Under the pieces are notes generated by a model, which worked only from the letters and a program-made list of their open reading frames with translations, was not told the DNA's origin and searched no databases. Position numbers and translations under genes: made by a program. A stretch of DNA of 64,000 nt, from assembly GCA_964016885.1 (NCBI GenBank), contig OZ024741.1, forward strand, positions 204,600,001-204,664,000, written 5' to 3'. Positions 1 through 12,500 of this stretch are shown here, one piece after another. The stretch's first letter is position 1, and each line of letters opens with the position of its first letter. The stretch is from Eledone cirrhosa (taxonomy: Eukaryota).

Positions 1-619
1 TTTAATTAGTTTACTTGAAAGAAGTATTGATCTTAGTGTCTTCAGCACTTGGGAATTGGGATAACTAGATGATGATGTGGTTGGGATCAGTTTGAGTTCT
101 TGAAGCCAATTAGTCATTAGAAAGAAATTATTGTTCTGAGAGATGAAAAATTAACCTTTTCATTACCATATTTCCAATAAAAAACAGTGCCTATGATTTT
201 CAAATAATTTTTTAAATAATCAAGAATTTGAAGGGATATAACCCACTTTTTCATTATTAATCTGGAGTTTGGAGTAGAACTTCACAAAATTTTCACAAAA
301 CTTGCAAAAAGGAGTAACATTCTGATTGATGTGTAATTAGCTTGACTTATATATATTGTTAGACTTATAAACAATATATAATTCATATGTAAATCACATT
401 AGGGTGTTTCATATTTATAGGGAAAAATTCTTTTTGTTGGAATCACCTCATGTCAGTTGCGTCATGAATCTATTTCACATAAAATCTACACAGGCGAAAA
501 TATAAGAAGGTACAGATATATTTAGGGGTTACAGTTTGGTGCCTTTGGAATGATATGCCAAAAAAAAATGAAAAAAATTTTCCTTCAACACTTGTTGATT
601 GTAGCCAGGTTCCTCTATA

Positions 620-778
620 CCACCAACACTACCAACTACACCTCTGCCACTACCCCTAGCATTATACCACCACCATCAAAACTACCATTATAACACAACC
701 ACTGCCAATACCATTATTACTCTACCATCACCTACACCACCACCACCATCAATTTCACTCCCACCACCATTACCACAA
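620..778. repeat. Degenerate (ACC/ACT)n low-complexity tract
   Basis: Runs such as caccaccaccatc and actaccaacta. Confidence 0.7.
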
Positions 779-1416
779 GTGTTCTTGTAGTTTCTGTACC
801 ACCACAAACTTGGAGAGAGGACAATTTCAGTTGCCGTAAAAGACACTAGCAACAAGATTCAGGAAGTGTGGAGAAAAGCAAATATCCCTAACAAAACAGA
901 AAAAAAACATCGCACTTCAATCAAGAAATTGTATAAGGAGTATCAAGAACAGAAAAAAGAAAAATATAGGATGACTGACAAAGCAATTGTTAAGAGTGAG
1001 ATTTGGAAAGATGATCTCGAGGAAATTTTGCAAGCCAGGACATTTGAATGAAAGGATGTCCCATCTGAAAACAAAGCTTTCCTTGAGACACAACAAGAGG
1101 ATCAGATGTCTTCATTCCTGACTGGTGTTGATACGGAACACGTGAGAGACATTTAGAAGAAAGAAAAGAAGATTCCCAATATGAAAGTAAGAAAGAGAAA
1201 GCAGGATGAAGAAATCAAGATGTCCAAGAAAGTAGCTCTTGAAAGTTCATCATCCAGCTGATCTATTAATGATGACGATGATGAAATCTTCAAGTCATCA
1301 CCACCTTTAAAGCCGACTCTCAATGCCACTCTTGTTGCCATGTGGGAACGGGAGAGACTATCGATACGACAAGCAAGTCCTTCTTACATTAAAATTGCGA
1401 AGAGTCGTGGTCATGA

Positions 1417-1759
1417 CTAGCAGATTTACCCGGCGTTGCCCGGGGTTTGAAATGCAACAAAGAATAAACAAGAAACAAACGATAATATTAGTGATTTATC
1501 TTCAAATGAATCTGATGTTTATATTTCTTTCAATAAAGTTGGTTATCTCCCTTACATCAATTTTGCTACGATAATTTGGATATCGATTTTTTATTGCTCA
1601 ACGTGGGTCGATTTGAAAAATGTTTGTAATGTGACCATCTTAGCGATCTGTGCAATGTGCACAGAAAATTTGGTCAAATTCGGTTGGTAATTGTAAAAGC
1701 TTTAGGTATCCAACGTTGTACACAGACACACACATCCTTGCTTTTATATATATAGAAGA
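1417..1759 (-). mobile_element. Non-autonomous Helitron inserted into the hATm transposase
   Basis: Minus strand starts A|TC, ends in a CCCGGGCAACGCCGGG hairpin then CTAG|T. No TSD. Removing it restores the frame GHD|VSELSISPSTVYRAR. Confidence 0.8.
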
Positions 1760-1908
1760 TGTGTCTGAACTCTCCATTTCCCCCTCAACTGTTTACCGAG
1801 CAAGAACCAGTCAGCATGAGAAGTTGGCTTAGGAAAATGATTTATTCGCTTTCCCACATAAAGACAAATCCTGGCTAGTCCTTCACTGGGATGGAAAATT
1901 ATTACCAC

Positions 1909-2240
1909 TGTAAAGTGGTTGTATAGGCATCATGGCAAAAAGCACCCAGTACTCACTGTAAATGAGGTTGATGTTGTGTATATATATATATATATGGATG
2001 TGTATGTTATGTTGGTACCACAAAACATCGAACTCACACTGTAAAGTGGTCATGTAGGTGTCACAACAAAAAGCACCCAGCACACTGTGTGCTAGGAGGG
2101 GCATCCGGCCATAGAAAACCAGCCAGAAACAGTCCTATATGAGCGAGACATGGTCACCCGACCCAACTTGCCTCTAAATGGAACAAACCTGTCTAGCCCA
2201 TGCTAGCATGGAAGATGGACATTAAACAATGATGATGATG
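1909..2240 (+). mobile_element. RTE-LINE 3' UTR fragment (or derived SINE tail) with (TGA)n tail, nested in the hATm transposase
   Basis: aggagggcatcc...cccatgctagcatggaa...tgatgatgatg; same end as the RTE copies at 30240 and 35960. Confidence 0.75.
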
Positions 2241-2931
2241 GCTTCCCAATCCGGCACACTCAAAGAGTATATTGCAGTTTTAATTACAGGAAAAGGAAAG
2301 GAGGAGTTCTTGGGTGTTCCGATTGCAAGAGATGGAACTGGACAACAAATCGCAGAAGTTGTTTTGAAGAAAATTCAACAACTCAAACTTGAGGATAGAA
2401 TAATTGGTATGTCCTTCAATACCACTACCAGTAACACTGGCATACATGAAGGAGCTAATATAAACATTGAAGCAGTTTTGAAAAATCCATCTTGTGACTG
2501 GCTTGCCACCATCTTGAACTGGTTTTGAAGAAACTCTTTTAGATCTTTTACCCATCATCTGCTCCTGGTCTCCCATTGGTCAAAAGGTTCCACGAACATT
2601 GGGACTCCACAGATAAGTCTCATTATGAAACCATCTGGATGATGATGAGCCCATAGAAGATTTTTAAAATCAAAAATGAGAGATGGTTAAATATCTACTG
2701 ACTGTACAGCTTTCTGGAGATCATCTGCAAGAAGACTGCCGAGTTCATAAAGCTCTCCCTTCTCCATCTTGGTGGTTGGCCATCTCTCCAGTTCTCTTTC
2801 TTGGTTCCAGAAGCTTACCACCAGGCTCATTGGATTGCTAAGGCCATATATGTGATGAAGATAGTTCTGTTCAAAGAACAATTTAAGCTTACACCATATG
2901 AGTCTACAAAAAAATCGCTAACTTTGTGACT

Positions 2932-2969
<38 letters not shown>

Positions 2970-3971
2970 TTTTCCATGCTTGCAGGGGTCAGACAAGTTG
3001 TCTGCATCGAGAGACAAATCTGGCCAGAATTATCCATACCATACCTTGCTTCACCAGGCCTGTAAATTTGGCCAGAGTTTTTACAGCTGGATGCCTTTTG
3101 AATGAAGCAATGGTTCCCACATAGGCTACAAAAAATTAACTCGATTTGATGAAGCTGTTACAAATGTATCCTGACCAACAGATTGGAACTGTGGCAGAGA
3201 CAGTCCGTCGGTGTCACCTTTGGGACTTCTCAGAAGAGTTAGTAGTATTGGCTTTCTTTTACAAAAGACTTGGACTGGATGAAAAGAAAAAAAGGAGATG
3301 AAGAAGGTCTGAGAGAAATGTATGGCTTATGAAGAAAACAAATAACTTTTTCCGTGTACTCAACATTGTCCCAAACAATTTGCATTTTTTCAGTGACAGC
3401 GATATCAAAGCATCTGTTGATGCTCTGAAAGTTGTGAATGGCACTGCTGAGTATTTATCTCATAAAGAGGTTTAATGATCCTACAAAGGATAAAAATCAG
3501 AAATAGTTTCTTCTAGAAATTGTTGCGGAACAAAGGAAACAAGTGCCCCAGAGGACAAAGGATGCAATTTCCAGTTATAAATTTAATTTATATTATTGTA
3601 TATTTAGAATGTATATTTAAAATGTATTCCTCCTACTTATTTTCATTTTATTTCGTTGTCATGTGGTTTCCTTATTGGATTCAGTAAAGTAAAAAGAAAG
3701 GACAATATACGACAGACCAGAATAAAAAAAATTGTCATAATATAAGGATGTGAAAGTGTGAAACCCCTAAATATTATTTTATTAATTCAAACATAGACGT
3801 AATTGACTTGAGATTATTGGTTTGCAAAATGGAACACCCTTCTGTACATGCATTGTTACTGAAATAATATGGACAATTGATTGTATTGCTATTATATAAT
3901 ACACGTTTGGTTCATATGTATTATTACACTGTTGTTACTGGAATATTCATTCCTGATTTGTTTTATTACAG

Positions 3972-4075
3972 GTATAAATGCTGATGTCAGTATTCAAATA
4001 GACAAAACAACTATCGGAGCTGAACTGAAGGATCTTATAATCTTAAATTCTGATGCTAAATGTTATTATCCTGAA
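3972..4075 (+). CDS. VPS13: VPS13 exon 1 of window (GINADVSIQ...CYYPE), phase 1-0
   Basis: ttacag|GT...GAA|gtatgt; frame matches the next exon. Confidence 0.85.
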
Positions 4076-6482
4076 GTATGTAACATTCTTTATGGAAGAA
4101 AAATTCTCTCACATATCTTAATGACTACATAATATAGTCTAAATTGTTTGTAAATAACTTATTTAGGATCTGGAGCTAATTAGATATTCAAATGCAACAA
4201 AGCTTAAAATGTTTAAATTTTTGTTGAATAATTGTTAATATCTTTTGTCTTCTCATCAGAATGTCATTAGTTGTAAATAATACTGAAAAGCTGCATTGAT
4301 TGGTGCAGGAAAGAATTAGAGCCATTAGGCTAATGGCTGTTAGCCCCATAAATTATAGGATTATTTAAAGTTAGCCTGGAGCCCATGCATCTTCAAAGTA
4401 TACCCTTGGTGGTAGAAGGTTGAGTCTCAGCACTGAAAATATTTGCCAATTTTGCAGTTCTCCTGCTGTCAACAACACTGGTTTAAACTATCTTAAGGTA
4501 CTTAATTTTAACTAGATGGATTAGATTACACCTCTTGCTACAGGCAAGGTATAGCATCACCCACAAAATATAAAACACAAACACTTATAAACTCAGCCAG
4601 CCAGGACATTTTTATAGCTAATTGACTTTTTCTTTTTTTAGTCAGATGAAGAGGTACAGTTCTCATAACATTTTACAGATCCTCCCAGACTGGTAAGATT
4701 GATGTAGCTGATATTTAGGATGAACATCTGCAGGTCAATGTTGGTAGAGGAGGAAAATGTAGTCTAGATGCTTGCAATAGCACATACAAAAGACACCCAT
4801 GAATCGGGTGCTGTTGTTAAACTGGGTGTGTTAGACTAACTTGATTTATGGGTTATAACTATTATTACTGATTACATTCATTTTAAATGTTCAGTTTGTT
4901 TTTTTTTAAATTGTATTATCTTATTTTCAATTTAATTTTTCAGATCTTATCAATTAAAGGTTCTGAAGTACTGAATTGTGGAATTGTGGCTTATAATAAC
5001 GGGACAGATGGTGACAAAGTCCATGATATGACTTGTGTTGATACAAGTGTTAATGTCACTATAGGATGTATGCAATTTGTCTTCCTTAACAAGTTTGTTA
5101 ATCAGCTATTGGTAAGTTGTTAAACACCTTTTGTTCTTTTTTTTTTATCTGTGATTTTCATCCTGGTTCCTTTAGGCTGTCAACCAAATTATTGCAAAGA
5201 AATAGAGTAAATGTATTTTTTTGATTTATTGATATTTTTAACATTAAGTCATTCAAAATGAAAACTATCTTATTACATGGTAAGGATTGAATGAGCAAAT
5301 TACTGTATGCTGTAAGTTCCAAGTAGATCATTATATCATCATACCCACATTTCCTTGCAGCATGAATTGGATACCAACCAATATTTTAATTATAAGTGAG
5401 GTATATACTGTCCAACTTCATCAAACCACTATGCTGTGGGATGTATTGTTTATGTAGACATAAGCAAATATTACTGGCTGCTTTAAGCATTGTTAATATG
5501 AAGATGCATGCTTACACACATAAAGACACACATTACCCAAGGTGTACCTCAGTAGGATAGAACCCAAACATATTTTATAAACTAGCAGAAAAACCACCCG
5601 ACGGGTGGTTTTCTGCTAGCATGTGTAGTGTGCATATTGATATTATACAAATATACATGCATGTAGATATGATACATCAAATAAAATCGTAATTGGCAAT
5701 ATCCACAGAAATTGAAGAGAGACTGTGTTACACTGTCTTCTGTAATCAGTAAAGTAATCCGTGATACATTTAACAAAGACGATATTATATATAAACTGCA
5801 TTACAGTGAAATGTAATGAAAATGAAAAAGGAGAAAATTAGCAACGGAAATATAAACGTTATATAACAGTGCAAATATATATATATAAGCGATGTGATAT
5901 AGCGTACAGGCACTAACCGGAAGTGTAGACATTTGAAAGTTTTAAAAGAAGTGAATCTTAAAATAAGCAATCATCATATGTAAGAATATTTATGTTTAAT
6001 CAACAGCTACAAAATTTATTCAAGGTAATCTAACTTATTTTACTAACGGGATAAAAAAAATATATTCAGGACACAGTCCCACATTCATCCCTTTATTATA
6101 TTATGATTAGTGAATGTATACTTGGAATGGTGTTGTTGTATAGCTCCAATCATATTTTCTGAAGCATATAATATCAACCTCTCTAGTGCAGATGTCATGA
6201 TAAAATACACCCAGTCCACTCTGCCAAGTGGTGTACTGGTGCCATGCTCTATAAAGTGGTTAACATTACAAACGGACGTAAAACAGTGATGATGATATAT
6301 ATATATTTAATATAGAAATGGCTTCTACGGGACTAGAACTGTTTCATTCGAAGGAAATCATCAGGAAAGCAGACTGTCAATGTGTTATGGTGGTATTTAT
6401 ACATTTTCTGGTGTTAGGGGAAGGTGGTGATTGGGATGGGTGGAGGTCATTGGCTGATGGATTTAAAGAATAGGGATTCGTT

Positions 6483-6524
<42 letters not shown>

Positions 6525-9500
6525 CTTTTAATTGATATGTATTCTCCATCCCAATGTTTTTCACTCTGGTGGTATTCTATCCCCTATAATTGAACACACA
6601 CCTCTTTGTATATTTTTCTCTATATACTGTCTTATAAAGAGCCCAGATTCTATTCCTTGAGCTCATTAAATTACAGGGGATTAATGCGAATCTTTAACTC
6701 CATTTTTTAATTTTATATATATATACACATATATATACAGAGCGAGAGAGAGGGGAGTAATTATAGTGGAGTAATTCACTATTATTTTTGGTAAAGCAAT
6801 GCATAATTAGGGTTGATATTATAATTCTGAATACTGTCGGTTATTGCTAATCGGCAATCTTTTTCTATCTCTATAACAATATAACTCTACCACACAATGT
6901 CCCTACTACTGCTTATATTAATGGAATATTGTATACTTATTTACATCACCGGCTTAATATTATTTATTTGTTCTCTTTGCCATTTACAAGTTTGCTTATA
7001 CCTTATACCATTGTGTATTGTTTGCCTGTGTTCTTTTTTATGTGCTAAATCACCTTTTTCCTGTCTCTCCTGATGACATGCAGATCCGTCTCAGAATGCC
7101 ATTTAAAGTATTAATTGTAACTGTTTAATTCATTGATTATATGTACTGGCATGGCACTTATCTGTATAGAAACAATTGTTGAGATTAAAGATGAATTTGG
7201 ATTAGCAACGTTGGTTTTCATTCTGAATTAAGTATATATGTATGTTTTTCTGATTTTATAATTTCATAATTTTACCAATAGAGAGAGTTGATTTCTAACA
7301 TAGACAAAAGACTCTCTCATTGGAATTACACATCAACTAGGTAGATATGTATGTATGTATGTCTGTATGCATGTGTGTGCAGGTATGGATGTTATTGTAT
7401 GTGTGGATGTGGATGTTTTGAGTTATATGCATGCATGTGCATATGTTTTGTATCTGTACAAGTGTATATGCAGAAGTTTTGGAATGTTTTACATATTTTT
7501 ACTGTTCCATTAATGGAGTGTACTTGTCATTTCCTGACTTGATTTGAGATCATGTGTTGAAATTATTCTTGTTTGAAGAAAGGGTGAAAAGAAAACCTTG
7601 TTAGAAATGCTACAAACATTCACTGTTGTCTCAGCAGATGACAGTTACCAGTGCATGGCTGTGCATATATGTGTTTGTGTACATGCCTCTAGTTAAGTTT
7701 TCTGTCTCTTTAATTTTCTCACTCTTTGCCTGACATTCTGCTCAGTATGTATACACCTCTTTCAACGCTTATGTTAATTTACAATGTATCTTTTACCTTT
7801 CCTCTTCCTTTCTCTATATCATGTCAAATGTGGCATCTGACATCAGACCAACCAACCCAATTCATTGGGTATTATATATTAGAGATGTTATAAAACTATT
7901 TTGCTTTCAACATTTGAATGGATTTTTCTTTCATCAATCTAGGGTTTCTTAAACCAATTCCAAGCAGCTAAAGATAAAATTTCTGAAGCTGGAGAAAAAA
8001 TGGCTGAATATTCTAAAGAAACTGTGGCCAACTTACAACAAACAGCCAGTAGGATTCATTTATGCATTAAGATGAAAGCACCTGTTATTCTTGTACCACA
8101 ACACTCAGAGTCTCCCAACATCTTATTGGTGGATCTCGGTAACTTGGACATAAACAATAGTTTCCAAACAGCTGAAGCCAAATCAGCATCCGGTCAACCT
8201 GCTATTATTGACAAAATGGCTATTCAACTCACTTCTCTGAAGATGTCCAGGTTTGTATTCATTTTTCCTATTTTTGAAACTTTTTGTTTGTTTTTGTCCA
8301 TTTTAAACATTGCTTTCTGAATATTATATCAATATTTTTGAGAAACAAATTGATGTTTTGAATAATAGTAGGCATAGTAGTAATTTATAAGTTCTTCACA
8401 TACCAAATCTAGTACATGACTGACATCAAATTTTAATGGTAACTATTTCACTTTATGATCACAACTACCTCCCCCAAACTACTTTAAAAAATATTTTAAA
8501 GAATCATTCATATAAGTAATAATAACAATAATTTTCTACATGGGCACAATGCCAGAAATCTTTTGAGGGAGGGAACAGTCAATTGTATTGACCTCTCTAA
8601 TTAACTAGTACTTATGTTATCAATCCAGGAAGGTTAAAGTTAACATCAGTAGGATTTTAACTCAGAATGTAAAGAACCAGAACAAAAACCATGTTATTTT
8701 AGACAATACTCTACAATCTTGTCAATATAGGTGGTAAATTGGTAGTCGTCTGAACTTAGGGAAATATAGGTGGTGAATTGAGAGTTGCTAGAGCTTAGGA
8801 AAATATGCCTTGTGATATTTGTTCCATCTCCTGCAAAAACCATGAAGATCAAATTTGTGTTTCATTCTTTTAGGATCAATAGAATAAAATGCCAGTTCAA
8901 AGCAGTAGATAAGAGAAATTGTTAGAATGTTGGGTGATATACTTCGCAATATCTCTTTCAGCTCTTTTTCCTTTGAGTTCTTTACTGGTAGATTTAATCT
9001 GTTGCCCATCTGTCTTTGGAAGCTCACTCTGTTGTAAGTATTCAGGTCAGATCTCTGGCTTGAAGTTAACTTCTCTTCCGCTTATCAGTTGATGGTACAG
9101 ACACACACCAGAAAAGGTGTTAGAGAGTGACAAAGCAACTGTACTCTGGGATATGCCAATACACACAGACAAGGAGATCAAAGCCAACCAACCAGATATA
9201 TAGTCAAAGAACATCAAAAAACGTCTCCTAATAGATGTATCAATTCCCACAGATAACAATATATCTACCAAGGAAATAGAGAAATTATCCAAATATAAAG
9301 ATCTAGCGATAGAAATGACCCGAATGTGGATGAATATTGAAAACGGAAACAATATCTATAATAATAGGTGCTCTGGGAATGATAAAAACACACAGATAGA
9401 TGCATAAACCAAAATCCCAGGACTTACAAATATGTACAACATACAAAAAATGACACTACTTGGCACACATATTATGAAGAATACTCTCTACATAATAGAA

Positions 9501-12500
9501 AGAACACTACCAAAAATCACACTGCACCTCAGTAATGCAGTGATGATACATAATAAAAATGAGATTAATAATATTAATGGTTTCTGATTTAGGTACAAGG
9601 CCAACAAATATGGGTAAAGTCGATTAAATCACCCCCAGTGCATTACTGGGGATTTATTTTGTCAACCCCTTAAGGATGAAAGGCAAAGTTAACCTCGGAA
9701 GGATTTGAAAATAAAATATAAGTAAATACAAAATTTTTTAGGTTAAATTTATGGCATAGATTCTTTCAAGGATACTACTTTTGAGGGGTTAAAAATCGCA
9801 CTGCAATCCAAAATATTCTATCGATATGCAGAAACCAAAAATAATAATTGTTTCTACTTTTGGCACAAGGCCATCAATTATCCCAGGGTATTACTGGTAC
9901 TTTATTTTATTGACCCCATAAGGATGAAAGGCAAAGTTAACCTCGGCGGGATTTGAACTCAGATCATAAAGGGCCGTAACTCTTTGCTGCAAAGCATGGC
10001 GTCCGACTCTACGAATACTGCCAATCCACCAAAAATAATAATTGTTTCTACGTTAGTCACAAGGCCAGCAATTACCCAGTGCATTACTGGTACTTTATTT
10101 TATCGATCCCGTAAGGATGAAAGGCAAAGTTAACCTTGGCGGGATTTGAACTCAGAATGGCAAGGGCCGTAACTCTATACGTCAAAGCATTGCGTCCGAC
10201 CCTCTACCAATACTGCCAATCCGTTTCTAATTTAGGCGTAAGACCAACAATTTTTTGGGGGAAAGGAAAGTCAATTAAATCAACCCCAATACTTCATTGG
10301 CACTTTGTCTTTCATTATTCCAAGATTGATAAAACAAAGTTGACCTCAACTAGAACAGTGCTAATCATTTATCCATTACTCTAATGACTCTGCCAATCCA
10401 TTGCTCTATATTAAATCTTTCTAACACAGCCACAAGGCCAGCTATTTGGGGTAAAAGTAAAGTAAACTATATCGACGCTAATACTTAACTGGTACTTTAT
10501 TTTATTACCCCAGAAGTATGAAAGGCAAAATTGACCTCACCCATGATTTGACCTCAGAACATAAGTGTTTCTACATTTGGCAGAAGGCCAGCACTTATCC
10601 AGTGCATTACTGGTACTTTATTTTATCGACCCCGTAAGGATGAAAGGCAAAGTTAACCTCGACGGGATTTAAACTCAGACCGTAAAGGGACGTAACTATG
10701 CGTCAAAGCATGGCGTCCGACCCTCTACTGATACTGCCATGAGCCGTAATCATCACCCTATAAATAATTGTTTCTACAATCACCCTATAAATAATGAATT
10801 ATAGTAATAATACTAATGCATCAAAACACACTGCCTACTAACAAAACATAAATAATTGTTTCTACTTTTGGCACAAGGCCAGAAATTATCCTAGTGTATT
10901 ACTGGTACTTTATTTTATCGACCCCGTAAGGATGAAAGGCAAAGTTAACCTCGGCGGGATTTGAACTCAGATCATAAAGGGCCGTAACTCTTTGCTGCAA
11001 AGCATGGCGTCCGACCCTCTACCGATAGTGCCAATCCACCAAATAATGCTGTGTAGATCTTATAGATATTTCCAGTAGCTAAATTACTCCACTACACTCT
11101 GCAAACTAACTAAATAAACATTTAGAACTCTTCTTTCTCCAGTCTTTCACAAGTTTTTCTGATACACAAAATTCCCTTACCACAACACAATTATTTCTCT
11201 TCTTGTCAACTTTCTAACTTAAATGCTGTTGTGTATTTGTTTTTTTCCGGAGGACATTTTTGTAAAAAAAAAAAAATGGAGAAATTTCATCACTACAACT
11301 GTATTCCATGAAAGTTTGTGGTTGTTTTTGTTATATGTTCTGATGTATTTATTTCTCAGGGCCATGTTGAATGAGCAAAAGAAAATTTGCAAAGAATATC
11401 TGTTACTCAAGCCAGCTACATTAAGTATAAATGTCAACAGGAACTTGTCTGCTGGCTGGTACCATGGGGAACCAGATATGAGTATTGATGGCAAACAATA
11501 TGCTTTAGCTGTAAGTAAATTTCATTTTTGCTTTTTATTTTATTTTCTTTATTGGTTAGTCAAGATGGTTGGTCCATCTTACTTGTGATGTCTTCACATG
11601 CTACAAAATCTAACTGCAATGTTAAAGGAGGTCCTGGAAAAGATATGATCGGGATATCATCAGGGAAATTGCCTTATTCCATATATCAGCAGAAATTTAC
11701 CCAATTTTTCAAAACAGTAGTAGCAACAACATATAGATTTGGACATTTTTTGTTAATGTTTATTTGGGTGAGTTAATGTAACTTGGTCTGGAATTAAACC
11801 ATCCTAAATTAGTTGGCAGTTTTATATGAAGGTGCAAGTATGGTCATGTGTTTGAAAATTTTGCTTCACAATCATGTGGCTTCCGCTTGGGTAAATGACC
11901 TCAACCACAGGTTCAGGTCAACCTAAGCTTTGAGTGTGAAACTGTATAGAAGTCTATTGAATGGACTGCTTTATTTATTTCAGTGATAGATCTAATTCAT
12001 TGCCTGGTTGATTCCACTCCATTGCAACTATTTGGACCAGGTGTCTAGTCTGAGGATAGGTTCTTCCTTTTCAACCAACCTTATCCCTTTATCACTGCTA
12101 ACACTAACATTCCACCACTTTTCCCACCACCACCACCAAACTGCTTCCACCACTACCACCACTGCTGTCATCGTCTCTACCACAGGTCTGGGAAGTCCTG
12201 AAAAAAGTTATGTGTGTTGTCTTCTTCCTCTGACTAAGTAGTCAAAAGAATTGAAATAAAGACTGTGCCACAAAGATTCATTAAACAGTTGTGATCGGTG
12301 CAAATATACATATGCACATATACATGTTAAATTATTTCATCATCATCATAATTTAACATCTATTTTCCCTGGTAGCAAAGGTTAGAGGGAGTAATTTCAA
12401 ACCATGTCACTACTTAATCAGCTACTGACCCTTCAGATGTGCTGATCTCTAATTTTTTTTTTATTACTATTATTTCAGCTTTGCCTTAGCCAGTATGACT

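Larger units (their letters stand above)
400..3841 (+). mobile_element. Decayed hAT-superfamily (hATm-type) DNA transposon with pseudogenised transposase and nested insertions
   Basis: Imperfect TIRs tagggtgtttcatattt (400) / aaaatggaacaccct (about 3826-3840), plus subterminal inverted matches. Transposase motifs in order: VWRKANIP, LHWDGKLLP, GMSFNTTTSNTG, AYHQAHWIAKAIY, HLWDFSEEL, LKVVNGTAE. Many stops and frameshifts; TSD not clear. Confidence 0.75.
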
